A DNA stretch of 54,140 nucleotides from an uncultured Candidatus Saccharibacteria bacterium (GTDB lineage: Bacteria > Patescibacteriota > CPR2 > UBA1875 > CAIMLA01), in assembly GCA_964594415.1 (NCBI GenBank), contig CAZQLQ010000006.1, positions 1-54,140 on the forward strand, in the 5' to 3' direction. Within the stretch, counting starts at the first letter, position 1. Every line of letters starts with the position of its first letter. Of this stretch, positions 1 through 9,272 are shown piece after piece. The position numbers and the translations under genes are program-made. The notes below the pieces were generated by a model that saw only the letters and a program-made list of their open reading frames with translations, made no database searches and was not told the origin of the DNA.

Positions 1-470
1 TATTTTGTCATCCTGAGGGAGCGGAGCGATTCGAAGGATCTAGAGATCCCTCGACAGGCTCGGGATGACCACAGCACTATAAAAAGTGCTGGGCGAAGCA
101 GAGATACAGGTAGATCCCCGCGTGCGCGAGGATGACAAGAAGGGCAGTTCTCACATTCGTTCGAACGATAACCACGTTGTCACCCCTGGCGACATTCCAG
201 GGGTCTATACAAATAGAAAATGGATTCCTGGGCTTGAGACCAGGAATGACAAAAGATAAATAATGTCATTCCCGTGAAAACGGGAATCCAGATCCCCGCG
301 TGCGCGAGGATGACAAAAAACGCTTGAAGAGTAGTTCTCGGCTTCGCCTCGAACGATATTCTTCGAGTGAAGCGAGAAGTTACCCATTTTAGTAGTTCTC
401 ACATTCGTTCGAACGATAGAAGTGTTATCCTGAAGGAGCAAAGCGATTGTAACAGACTCCTGTATCAATC
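1..470. repeat. Mosaic cluster of short palindromic REP-like repeats (BIME-like)
   Basis: Recurring units: gttctc(acattcgt/ggcttcgcc)tcgaac at 147, 334, 395; gatccccgcgtgcgcgaggatgac at ~114 and ~291; gtcattcccg..cgggaatcca at ~265; gtcatcctgag..gaaggatct at 7. Positions 1-61 are identical to 10930-10990. Confidence 0.9.
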
Positions 471-490
471 AATAATCTACCAAGATAAAC

Positions 491-937
491 TTAGATATCT
501 GTTCCGGTGATTGCCATAATAAGCATTGCGATAGCTACAAAAATTATTGCAACATAATATTGCCATGGCTGTTTTTTGTAATATAGGACACCTAAGGCTG
601 CGAAGGTAATAAGAACCCCAGATGCATAAGAAATTGCTGGCCATTGATAAAAGGTGATACCAGATCCGACCATGATAATAGCAAATGGGACCGTTAGAAA
701 TGTCGCTTTTACTAAAGTAGAAAACTTTGTCAGAAAAGTTAGGCAGCCGAATATAAGAAAGACAATAATTGCAGCAACTGGCATCTTGATTGCTGGAATA
801 TCTCCTTCTTTAATAAATAAACCTAAGAATCCAACTATTCCTGCAACCATCATAAATGCAATGATTAGTAATACGAAGCCGAAAAACAAAACCGAAATAA
901 CTGATAAAATATTCTTCTTTGTAAGATACTTTCTCAT
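491..937 (-). CDS. Hypothetical multi-pass membrane protein
   Basis: 148-aa ORF, several hydrophobic segments, SD (aggaggagg) upstream. Confidence 0.75.
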   Translation of the reverse strand: MRKYLTKKNILSVISVLFFGFVLLIIAFMMVAGIVGFLGLFIKEGDIPAIKMPVAAIIVFLIFGCLTFLTKFSTLVKATFLTVPFAIIMVGSGITFYQWPAISYASGVLITFAALGVLYYKKQPWQYYVAIIFVAIAMLIMAITGTDI

Positions 938-1200
938 AAATCGCCTCCTCCTTTACCTCTTCTGAAAATGTCAATTATTGACAAAACTATACCAATTCCC
1001 ATAAAGCTATATCCAACAACCCTGTCGTTAATGAAAAACATTCCAGCCAAGACAAAAACAAATGCGAGAGCCGATAACCTTGATAACTTTTCCCTCTTCT
1101 TTTTCCTAGTAGAGGCTACAAGGTAGGCAATAATTGCCAAGACAATAATTGATATTAGAATATATAGTTGCGAAACATTCAAAACGCCTCCTATTATCAA
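934..1200 (-). CDS. Small membrane protein (3 TM); start uncertain
   Basis: TM1, basic linker RKKKREK, two more TMs; overlaps the next gene by 4 nt. Confidence 0.7.
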   Translation of the reverse strand: MIIGGVLNVSQLYILISIIVLAIIAYLVASTRKKKREKLSRLSALAFVFVLAGMFFINDRVVGYSFMGIGIVLSIIDIFRRGKGGGDL

Positions 1201-1217
1201 TATTATAACAGATTAAA

Positions 1218-1964
1218 TCAGTGATTCGTATCGCTTGCGGGCTCTTTTATTCTTGATTTTGCCTTGACGCATTCATGATATATAGGCGCTATCTTAAATG
1301 CCAGTATGAAAGCAAATATTATTGCAAACCCACACATTATTGAGGCTATTGCTACTCTAGCAATCGGGATCAAAATATATACTAAAGTAAGCGGCAAAAT
1401 AAAAGACAGATAGCCAATTATAAACCAGAATAATGCCCTCTTTGTCATCCTTTTCTTATTATCGGACCTGATTCCACTGAGTGCTTCCCAGATACCGAGT
1501 AATAAAAATCCAAAGTAATAATAACCGTACAACGAATGAATACTTGAGTTAATATGAAAAATGATATAATTTCCGCCACAAGTGGCACCGTTTATTGTTT
1601 CGGGAACAAACACAAAAAAGGCCACAAAAGCTATTGCGATAAAAAAACCTAGTTTTAAGAATCTGGAATTTTTGTTTAGCTTAGTTATCAGGTAATATCC
1701 GAGAACTGGCAAAAAAGTGATTACGAAAAGACCGATTCTTGACCAAAACAGGGGACTCAGTCCACCACATATCTGGTATTCAGAAAGTTGAAAAATTGCC
1801 AAGAAAACAAGAGCCAAGACGATACCGACATCAGAGCCTGCCTTACGGCTTTTTATAAATACATATATTGCCAGCCCCATCTCAATAACAAACGTCGCTA
1901 TCATTATAGGCGGTGAAAAACAATACAGCGTAGTGGTTCCCTTTTCTCTATCTTTTAGATCCAT
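1218..1964 (-). CDS. Multi-TM membrane protein, resembling a stand-alone 7TM sensor (HisKA_7TM-like) domain
   Basis: 248 aa, about 7 hydrophobic helices, FQLSEYQIC motif, SD ggagg; no kinase domain. Confidence 0.65.
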   Translation of the reverse strand: MDLKDREKGTTTLYCFSPPIMIATFVIEMGLAIYVFIKSRKAGSDVGIVLALVFLAIFQLSEYQICGGLSPLFWSRIGLFVITFLPVLGYYLITKLNKNSRFLKLGFFIAIAFVAFFVFVPETINGATCGGNYIIFHINSSIHSLYGYYYFGFLLLGIWEALSGIRSDNKKRMTKRALFWFIIGYLSFILPLTLVYILIPIARVAIASIMCGFAIIFAFILAFKIAPIYHECVKAKSRIKEPASDTNH

Positions 1965-1988
1965 TTTTCCTCCAGTATTTATTTTAAA

Positions 1989-2594
1989 TTAAAATAGATA
2001 GGGAATGATTCCTCTAGCAACTAGATTTGTAATAATTAGTGCGAATGTCAGGTCGGCTAAAATAATAATTTTGTTCATCTTCACAATAGGATATTTTATT
2101 GCCGCCAAAAAAAGAATCATAATATCGTTTGGTAAAGGTAAAATGCCAATATATATAAATGCTATTACTGGAGTAGCTTTGCCCAGCCACTCTTTACTCT
2201 TAAAAAACTTGGCGAATCCGTTTATCTTTTTATCCCATTCGCCTGTTACTAACTCCCTGCCCTTCGTCCCGATATAGAACATAATCATATCTCCAATGGC
2301 CAAACTGACTCCCGCAACAATCCCCAAGATAATCGGATCGACGCCACCCGCTACGAGAGTAATAAGCAGACCGATAAAAGTCGCCGAGCCTCCCGCCGAA
2401 AAACCACCGAAAAAAGAAACAAAAAAAGCTAATATATAACTGTTATGAATGCCTATGATATCTACAATTTGAGCCGGTCCCACCAGAGACACCAAGACAA
2501 AAACTAATACTAAAAAAGCAATCAATAATATAAATTCTAGCACCCTGCTAGTATTTTTTTTATTGATAAGACCTTGATTCATATTTCCTTGCAA
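1989..2594 (-). CDS. DedA/VTT(SNARE-associated)-like membrane protein
   Basis: Hydrophobic ORF with GxAIGD-x-x-MFYIG and PLPND motifs typical of VTT domains. Confidence 0.6.
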   Translation of the reverse strand: MQGNMNQGLINKKNTSRVLEFILLIAFLVLVFVLVSLVGPAQIVDIIGIHNSYILAFFVSFFGGFSAGGSATFIGLLITLVAGGVDPIILGIVAGVSLAIGDMIMFYIGTKGRELVTGEWDKKINGFAKFFKSKEWLGKATPVIAFIYIGILPLPNDIMILFLAAIKYPIVKMNKIIILADLTFALIITNLVARGIIPYLF

Positions 2595-2697
2595 ACCACA
2601 TCTCCATAATTATAAAAAGTATATCAGAGTTTAATTCATTGAAACAGAATCAAGGCGCTTAAAATCTATAAGTAATGAGGCTATACGAACCAATGCA

Positions 2698-3471
2698 CTA
2701 CATATACGTTGTATATAGCGCATGATAGCCAAAAAGAATACAGTTAAATCTTCTTAATACCCATGCCACTAGTAAAATTCCAGCAATAAACATAAAAGCT
2801 TGCCAACCAAAATTTACTTCATCATTTTGTTTTTCCATATCTGCAAACAGGTCGTGCATAGAAATATAAAGAAACCATCCTGCCAAAATTGCCATAAAAA
2901 TTGGAACGATATTATAGATATCCTCTTTTAAATAATAACCAATTCCTGCGCCAATTATCGTTGGAATGGTCCACAAAATATTCAGCATTAGAGCCTTTTT
3001 TCTAGTTAATCCTGAATGAATTAATTTTCCAAATACCCCGATTTCGTGAGGGATGTCACTAATAGCCAAAAAAATTGCAATTCTCAGCCCGTGAGCATAA
3101 TAGGAAGCAAAAACCGCAATCAATCCCCCAAAGATTAAGTTATGAATAATACTGGTAACTCCTAGTGAATAAATAACAGATTTTGCCCCCTTATCATTCT
3201 TGCTTTCGTGTTTCTTTAGCCAAAGTTCAAAAAGAAACACGGCAGAAATAGCAACCACAAACCATACAAGAGCGACTGTATAAATAAAAGGGATCAGATC
3301 TGGAAGGATATCCAGAAGTGCAGTAGCTAGTAATACTCCAGCTAGAAGCGGAATCAGATAGCGCATAAGCTTTTTAGTTCTTTCATTATGGAACAGAACA
3401 ATTGCGCCTCCACCAACCGAAATGACTCCATTGATAAACGCAAGTCCTAAAATAGTTATAAACTCTTTCAT
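2698..3471 (-). CDS. ZIP family metal transporter
   Basis: AGVLLATALLDILP, IIHNLIFG, DIPHEIGVFG and FLYISMHDL motifs. Confidence 0.85.
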   Translation of the reverse strand: MKEFITILGLAFINGVISVGGGAIVLFHNERTKKLMRYLIPLLAGVLLATALLDILPDLIPFIYTVALVWFVVAISAVFLFELWLKKHESKNDKGAKSVIYSLGVTSIIHNLIFGGLIAVFASYYAHGLRIAIFLAISDIPHEIGVFGKLIHSGLTRKKALMLNILWTIPTIIGAGIGYYLKEDIYNIVPIFMAILAGWFLYISMHDLFADMEKQNDEVNFGWQAFMFIAGILLVAWVLRRFNCILFGYHALYTTYM

Positions 3472-3630
3472 ATCACCCTAATTGCTTTAAAATGTTTTTT
3501 AAATAGATAAAATATAATATTGATAGTTTTAGCTGCTCTAAGTTTTAGTTGATTATCAAACAAACTGAAACAAAAAATAAGTTCGTACAATCAAAAGATT
3601 GTGAGCAAAATTTACAGATAAGCCTAAAAA

Positions 3631-4395
3631 CTATTTATTACTAATCTTCTTTGCAATCCTATCTATCCCGCTATTTTCAAACGCACGGAGAACCTCTAAA
3701 GGAATAGCGAAGATAACCGTATTTGACTGATCAGAAGAGAGATCGTTTAAAGTATTAAGCGTTCTAAGATGTAGAGCACCATCGGCTTCCGATAAGGTTT
3801 TTGCGGCTTTGGCCAAATTGGTGGAAGCAATCACTTCACCTTCTGCTTTTGTGATGACCGCTCTCTTTTCTCTTTCTGCTTCTGCTTGTTTTGCTATAAC
3901 TCTCTTCATATCTTCAGGCAAAACGACATCTTTCAAGTCAACATTATCAACCTTGATACCCCAAGGATCAGTAAGTTTATCTACAATAGTTTTTATCTGA
4001 TTTGAAACACTATCTCTTTCGGAAAGAAGGGTATCTAAGTCAACCGAGCCTACAATGTTTCTCATCGTTGTTTGTGCTAACTGAGAAATCGCATAGTAAA
4101 AGTTTTCTACTTCCAAAACAGCTTTTGAGACATCATCTACTTTATAGTAAATAACCGCGTTTATACCTACCGAGATATTATCCTTAGTAATTGCTTCCTG
4201 GTTTGGAACGTCAACAGCTTTTACCCTTATGTCTACTTTCGTCATAGATTCAATAATGGGGATGATCAATCTCCACCCCGGTTCAACTATTTTCACAAAT
4301 CTTCCAAGTCTAAACTTCACCCCTCGTTGGTATTGATTTACCTGCCTGATGCTGACCAAGATTATTCCCAAGACAATTCCCAAAAAATACCACAT
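3631..4395 (-). CDS. SPFH/band 7 (stomatin-like) protein
   Basis: N-terminal TM; QEAITKDN, AQTTMRNIVG, AKQAEAERE motifs. Confidence 0.92.
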   Translation of the reverse strand: MWYFLGIVLGIILVSIRQVNQYQRGVKFRLGRFVKIVEPGWRLIIPIIESMTKVDIRVKAVDVPNQEAITKDNISVGINAVIYYKVDDVSKAVLEVENFYYAISQLAQTTMRNIVGSVDLDTLLSERDSVSNQIKTIVDKLTDPWGIKVDNVDLKDVVLPEDMKRVIAKQAEAEREKRAVITKAEGEVIASTNLAKAAKTLSEADGALHLRTLNTLNDLSSDQSNTVIFAIPLEVLRAFENSGIDRIAKKISNK

Positions 4396-4569
4396 AATAT
4401 CTCCTTTTTATGTTTTTATTATAGCACAAGCAAAAGCGAGGACAATTCTATTCTATTTTACAATTTCAACCTTATGTATAATAATTTATAAGTATACAAT
4501 CTTGTTAAAACGAAATAATATGGAAACCGACAATACTTTATCTTATTAACTTATAACCCATAAGAAGAA

Positions 4570-5442
4570 ATGAGAATAACAAGAATAGCTAGAAGCTTAA
4601 TTAAATATTTTTCTAAATATATCTATAAGATTGTTTTAGTAATAGGATTGCTCTATCTTTTTATTTTGTTAATTTCGTACTTTTATCAAGAAAAACTGAT
4701 ATTCTACCCACAACCCATAAGAGAACAAGTCGTGGAAGCGCATAAACAAAATGGGGGAAATGTAGAGGAACTGAGCATCAGAACCTCTGATGAAAACCTA
4801 CTCAACGGATGGCTTGTCAATAATACTAATCAGAAAAAAAGTCCTTTGGTAATATATTTTGGCGGAAATTCCGACGAAGTCTCATATATGATTAGCGAAT
4901 CAAGAAAAACCGAAAACTGGGCATGGGCACTTGTAAACTATAGAGGCTTCGGTGCAAGTACCGGTACCCCAAACGAAGAAAATTTGTTCAAAGACTCTCT
5001 TGCGATTTATGATCATCTATCGGCCAGGGAAGACATCGACAACGAAAAAATAATCGTTTTTGGAAGAAGCCTAGGAACTGGGGTAGCAATGTATGTTGCC
5101 CAGAACCGAAAAGTACAAGGAGCAATACTTGCTACTCCTTATGATAGTATCACTAGCGTAGCTCAAGAAAAGTATCCCCTCTTACCTATTACCTTTATTT
5201 TGAGAAATAACTTCGATTCTCTTTCGAGGGCAGAATTTATTGAGATTCCCGTTCTAATAATTGCTGCAAAAAACGATGAAGTCATACCAATTGCTCATAC
5301 TGAAAGGTTAGCCGAAGAACTAGAAGATAATTGCGACTTTAAGACAATTGAAAATACTGGACACGAAACAATTAGCGACAGTCCCTTATATTTTGACTAC
5401 ATCAATCAGTTTCTAAAACAATTTATTTCTGAGGGTACTTAG
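4570..5442 (+). CDS. Alpha/beta hydrolase (ABHD13/Bem46-like) with N-terminal TM
   Basis: YFGGN, NYRGFG, GRSLG nucleophile elbow, D-EVIP, GHE. Confidence 0.9.
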   Translation: MRITRIARSLIKYFSKYIYKIVLVIGLLYLFILLISYFYQEKLIFYPQPIREQVVEAHKQNGGNVEELSIRTSDENLLNGWLVNNTNQKKSPLVIYFGGNSDEVSYMISESRKTENWAWALVNYRGFGASTGTPNEENLFKDSLAIYDHLSAREDIDNEKIIVFGRSLGTGVAMYVAQNRKVQGAILATPYDSITSVAQEKYPLLPITFILRNNFDSLSRAEFIEIPVLIIAAKNDEVIPIAHTERLAEELEDNCDFKTIENTGHETISDSPLYFDYINQFLKQFISEGT

Positions 5443-5446
5443 AACT

Positions 5447-5917
5447 CTAAATCTGAGCAATTATAACCGTATAGTTTTTTCCATATTTTTTGGCGCACTT
5501 CGGACAATAAACATACCACATATACCATTTTTTAATTTTAAGCCCTTTGTTCTTGGCATATTTTTCGAAGTCCGCTGTCCACTTCCCCGTATCCTTGTAC
5601 GGCCCTTCATAAACCTTGCTTAAAAATTTTCCAGACAAGGTGTTGTTTTCAGCACCTGGAATTTCTCTGTCAACAGCAAGATAGATATCCATATTTGACT
5701 TTGAGATATGGTCTGATAAACAGAGATTGTCTGGTATGGTAGCCTCAGCACTTTCAACAAGATTCACCAATTTTGTCATTGCTTTTCCAAAACCAATCGG
5801 CATATAGAGAAAGGTCCTCACTTTTCCCTTGATGAATTTCTTGTCTTTCCATTCAAACTCTTTTTCATCCCATGGCTTGGGATCAAACTTAGGGCAGCAA
5901 ACATCTTCACTTTTCAT
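5447..5917 (-). CDS. Conserved hypothetical protein (CCPKFDP...CPKCAKKYGKNY family)
   Basis: Recognisable conserved N- and C-terminal Cys motifs and KVYEGPY; SD ggagg. Confidence 0.75.
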   Translation of the reverse strand: MKSEDVCCPKFDPKPWDEKEFEWKDKKFIKGKVRTFLYMPIGFGKAMTKLVNLVESAEATIPDNLCLSDHISKSNMDIYLAVDREIPGAENNTLSGKFLSKVYEGPYKDTGKWTADFEKYAKNKGLKIKKWYMWYVYCPKCAKKYGKNYTVIIAQI

Positions 5918-6027
5918 ATTTACCTCCTTTTTTATAGTTATATTATACTATTCAAAAAACCAACTTGAAACAGATAAAAAGGAGCGACTTTTTGTCGCTC
6001 CTAATTTTTAAGAATTATTTTTTGTTA

Positions 6028-6711
6028 TTATATACCGTAAAACAAGCGAATAAACCAACCAAGTAAAGTAAATCCTTCGTCCTCGGCGTCAAGCTGGTTT
6101 GCTAAATTCAGATTTTGAAGTTCTAAAACATTAATTTGATTTTGGATCTCGGTTTTGTCGCTTTCGTTACTTAGTTTTGTCATGATTTGCTGGAGTTCCT
6201 GAATCCTTAATTGATTTTGTTCCATGACTTTCTTAACTTCTTTTATCTGCTTATAGTTGGGCCCTATAAAGAATTCGGCGAATCCAGTTCTGCTTTGAAT
6301 CTTATCCATTGCCTTATTTGCATCATCTTCTGCTTGATTTTGTTCCTTTGCAATATTTCGAATTTGATCGCCAATGCCTTGATCGTTCACACGATTCGCA
6401 ACTGTGAGCATCCCCTGGACAGCTTTCGCCACTTCACTTGAACGGCTTCCGGCAGTTTCGTTTTTTACTTCGTATTTTTGTTTGGATGCCTCAATGTCTT
6501 GCTCAGTTTGGGCCTGAATCTGTTCTTCCGTTTTTGTTTGAGTTTGGATCTGAGATTCCTCGCCTTGGTTATTAGTCTGAGCTTGAACCTGGTTTGATAC
6601 GGCATTTACGCTTTTTGTAGTTGTCGCTTGATTAGCGTTATTAGAAACAGCAAACACTACTGCAGGTAACGCAAACAAAGTTAATACAACCATGGTTATC
6701 CCTTTTTTCAT
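6028..6711 (-). CDS. Secreted/anchored Q/E-rich coiled-coil hypothetical protein
   Basis: Start refined to MKKGITM after SD ggaggga; signal peptide, QTQ-rich linker, C-terminal LLGWFIRLF. Confidence 0.8.
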   Translation of the reverse strand: MKKGITMVVLTLFALPAVVFAVSNNANQATTTKSVNAVSNQVQAQTNNQGEESQIQTQTKTEEQIQAQTEQDIEASKQKYEVKNETAGSRSSEVAKAVQGMLTVANRVNDQGIGDQIRNIAKEQNQAEDDANKAMDKIQSRTGFAEFFIGPNYKQIKEVKKVMEQNQLRIQELQQIMTKLSNESDKTEIQNQINVLELQNLNLANQLDAEDEGFTLLGWFIRLFYGI

Positions 6712-6942
6712 CTTCCCTCCTTTTATTTCCATTATTATACCCCCCCCTAAATCATAATCAATATTAATTAGTCTGATTAGCAATAGTTTCCTTAAGAAAT
6801 TTGGTCAAGATTTGAAAAATAATGGGCAGAAAGACAAAGATCAGCCCTATCAACATAACGCCAGAAGAGTCATCGGTCTATACAATATAAGTAAAAAACG
6901 GCATAAACTATCACCCTGGTTGAATAACCACCATACTAGAAT

Positions 6943-7386
6943 TTATTCTTTAGATAAAGGGGTGTGAGTACGTAGGTTAACAATTATTTGAATAATTAAA
7001 AGTCCGAGCATTATCGCACCCCCCATTTGGGAGTAGTACCTCCAAGTCATTATCACAAATCCATAATTCATCGCGTAGTACAAAAATAAGTACGGTGTTA
7101 CTTGTTTCCAATATTTCTTCATATTTTCACGGAAAGGAATTTTCCATACATAGTCATAAAGATACTCCAGAGCTAGAAATGCCAAGAATATACCCAAAAA
7201 GATACTATATCGCACCGATTGCTGTTCCTGCTGAACCAAAAATATTCCATAGATAGCCGGGATTGCCAAAATGAAATAGAGTTTCCCAACCCGTTGTAAA
7301 ATAGTCATATTCTTTCGAATCAAAAAGATGAATATTAAATATAGATTATTTATTAACCCTAGAATGAAAAATAATTCTTCTAACAT
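6943..7386 (-). CDS. Hypothetical membrane protein (leaderless)
   Basis: 147 aa, about 4-5 TM; TATAAT lies 6 nt upstream of the ATG. Confidence 0.75.
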   Translation of the reverse strand: MLEELFFILGLINNLYLIFIFLIRKNMTILQRVGKLYFILAIPAIYGIFLVQQEQQSVRYSIFLGIFLAFLALEYLYDYVWKIPFRENMKKYWKQVTPYLFLYYAMNYGFVIMTWRYYSQMGGAIMLGLLIIQIIVNLRTHTPLSKE

Positions 7387-7440
7387 ACCATAATTATACC
7401 CCTTTTATGCCAAAATGTTCCAACAGCAAATTTGGTATAT

Positions 7441-7464
7441 AAAAAATGACCTTGTTAAGCCATT
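7441..7464 (-). terminator. Intrinsic terminator candidate
   Basis: aatggc-ttaacaa-ggtcatt hairpin followed by a T-run on the minus strand. Confidence 0.5.
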
Positions 7465-7469
7465 AATTT

Positions 7470-7535
7470 ATGGTGGACTACATAAGACTTCATTGGAACC
7501 AGATTGTGAAGGAGATGTCGAAATGGCAGGAACTT
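7470..7535. other. Degenerate tRNA-Ala 3'-end-like relic / conserved short coding frame, copy 1
   Basis: atggtggac..a.gact..gaacc resembles 9401-9426; the + frame reads MVDYIRLHWNQIVKEMSKWQEL. Confidence 0.5.
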
Positions 7536-7546
7536 TGCGAAGTGAT

Positions 7547-8191
7547 TCATGAAAATAGTTCCTTGATATCCTGCAACGATACGAAATTCTTATAAGCAAC
7601 CTCTTTTAAGTATTCTTCTGACGTATGGACGCTTAGCCCTTTGCCCGTAGCGATGAAGATATCAATATCATTTTCACCATCACCGACGAAATAAATATCT
7701 TTGATTGATACACCGTTCTTATCAGCGATTTCGGTGACCTGTTCAACTTTTATCTGACCCTGTTCGTGAATCCGTTGGTCAATCCTTGAAATGATTCCTT
7801 CCTCGTCAAATATTATCTCCGCATTTGAATAATAACCGTCAGGTTTTAACCTTTTCGCAATTCCTTCGACAAAGAACTTGTTTGACCCAGAAACCAAATA
7901 TATTAAGAATCCCCTGCTTCTTAAAAATTCAAATAATTCTTCAACCCCTTCTCGAACATCAACTTTTTCATAAACCTTTTTGAGATTTTCCTGGGTGGCA
8001 TTTCCACTGTCCCTCCAAATACCAACCAGTTCCCTCTCACCCTCTTCAAAAGTGATCTTCCCCGAAAAAGTATTTTGGTAAAGTTCAACGTGCTTCACTA
8101 CGGGACAGTTTAACCCTTCCGTTAATAGCAACCAGGAATTGCCATCTATTAACGTCCCATCGATATCAAAACAAATTATCTTCTTTTGCAT
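7547..8191 (-). CDS. HAD-IB hydrolase (phosphoserine phosphatase-like), leaderless
   Basis: DIDGT motif I, VSG motif II, K, GDGEND motif IV. Confidence 0.9.
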   Translation of the reverse strand: MQKKIICFDIDGTLIDGNSWLLLTEGLNCPVVKHVELYQNTFSGKITFEEGERELVGIWRDSGNATQENLKKVYEKVDVREGVEELFEFLRSRGFLIYLVSGSNKFFVEGIAKRLKPDGYYSNAEIIFDEEGIISRIDQRIHEQGQIKVEQVTEIADKNGVSIKDIYFVGDGENDIDIFIATGKGLSVHTSEEYLKEVAYKNFVSLQDIKELFS

Positions 8192-8197
8192 AACAAG

Positions 8198-8233
8198 ATA
8201 TTAACACAAAAAGAAGCATTTCTGCTTCCTTTG
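8198..8233 (-). promoter_or_regulatory. Terminator plus extended -10 promoter module, copy 1
   Basis: Hairpin gaagc-agaaat-gcttc plus T-run, then TG-T-TAATAT, 6 nt, ATG(8191). Confidence 0.7.
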
Positions 8234-8263
8234 TTTGTTCCAACCAGGTAATCTTTGGTTAAT

Positions 8264-8329
8264 TTGTTGGACTACTTGAAAAATAGTTGGAACGATTTGA
8301 TCAAGGAGTTGAGAGAATGGGAGAAGTTG
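8264..8329. other. Relic / conserved short coding frame, copy 2
   Basis: + frame LLDYLKNSWNDLIKELREWEKL aligns without gaps to copy 1. Confidence 0.5.
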
Positions 8330-8335
8330 AACCAA

Positions 8336-8974
8336 CTATACTTTAGCGGCAATCTCAGTTAACGACGCAATTTTGTTGTCTACACCCTGATACTTATTTT
8401 TTCTGTCAATCAGTAAACCCCCCATACCAAGTTTCCTTGATGCAAGAATATCATCTTCGTGGGAATCACCGACCATCAGAGCCTCCCCTGGTTCAACACC
8501 GAGCTTTTGGAGTGCTGTGTTAAATATCCGACCATCTGGCTTGATACACTTGCAATCATAAGAAGTCACAACTACATCGAACAGATTTGAGATATTATAC
8601 CTATCTTGGAGAGACTTATAGCTCGGATAACTTGTGTTTGTTACTAACCCCAACTTATATTCTGATTTTAACTCCTTCAACACGTTTAGAGTTTCAGGGA
8701 AAGGAATGGCTAATTTGTTACCCTCAACTAAAAGACTACTCAATCCATCGACTAATTCTTCTTCGGGTTTAATGTTTAAGTCATTGAGAAGATTCACAAT
8801 TGAGTCGTTCAGTGTGTCAACTTTTTCAAGCATTAAATGCTTTTCAAATTTCTTTAAAAAATCATAATCATCAAAACTCATACCAATTATATTTGCCAAG
8901 ACGCCGAAAGGGTGTGGTGTTTTGTCGGTAAAAAATAGCGTGTCCCAACAATCAAAAATAATAGCTTTTATCAT
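8336..8974 (-). CDS. HAD-IA hydrolase, leaderless
   Basis: FDCWDT motif I, VTN, KPD, GDSHEDD; start refined to MIKAIIF. Confidence 0.9.
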   Translation of the reverse strand: MIKAIIFDCWDTLFFTDKTPHPFGVLANIIGMSFDDYDFLKKFEKHLMLEKVDTLNDSIVNLLNDLNIKPEEELVDGLSSLLVEGNKLAIPFPETLNVLKELKSEYKLGLVTNTSYPSYKSLQDRYNISNLFDVVVTSYDCKCIKPDGRIFNTALQKLGVEPGEALMVGDSHEDDILASRKLGMGGLLIDRKNKYQGVDNKIASLTEIAAKV

Positions 8975-8980
8975 AAGGAA

Positions 8981-9014
8981 ATAATAACACAAAAAGAGGT
9001 ATTTCCACCTCTTT
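8981..9014 (-). promoter_or_regulatory. Terminator plus extended -10 promoter module, copy 2
   Basis: gaggt-ggaaat-acctc plus T-run, TG-T-TATTAT, 6 nt, ATG(8974). Confidence 0.7.
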
Positions 9015-9032
9015 ATTCTAGTGGTGTAATAA

Positions 9033-9203
9033 TTAGATCTTATTATTCTTAATGTATTTGAATGTTGTGATTATGATGGGTAGAAGAACGATAATAAAAC
9101 CAAGTAATGCAACGCCTGGAGCATCATCCTTTTCACCAAATTCGAGCAGTGGCGGCATTAAAAACACTAATAACAATATACTTAAAAAAATAGCTTTTTT
9201 CAT
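9033..9203 (-). CDS. Small 2-TM protein (DDAPG motif), 56 aa
   Basis: Start refined to MKKAIF; TM-GEKDDAPG-TM. Confidence 0.65.
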   Translation of the reverse strand: MKKAIFLSILLLVFLMPPLLEFGEKDDAPGVALLGFIIVLLPIIITTFKYIKNNKI

Positions 9204-9211
9204 TAATATAA

Positions 9212-9246
9212 AGAATAACACAAAAAGAGGCATTTCTGCCTCTTTT
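9212..9246 (-). promoter_or_regulatory. Terminator plus extended -10 promoter module, copy 3
   Basis: gaggc-agaaat-gcctc plus T-run, TG-T-TATTCT, 8 nt, ATG(9203). Confidence 0.65.
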
Positions 9247-9272
9247 CTTTCCAACAATTTTTTTGGTCCAAA

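Noticed and set aside
205-468. 87-aa ORF (also ORFs 10969-11190, 11013-11276, 11087-11278)
   Set aside because: These are translations of palindromic repeats (CHPRARGDL-type peptides recur in several frames), with no independent coding evidence.
1-470. CRISPR array
   Set aside because: Repeats belong to several families with irregular spacing and no unique constant-length spacers, and there are no cas genes in the window.
6815-6850. Possible further relic (ttgaaaaata.tgg similar to 8276-8290)
   Set aside because: The match is short and AT-rich, and the conserved peptide frame is broken by a stop.
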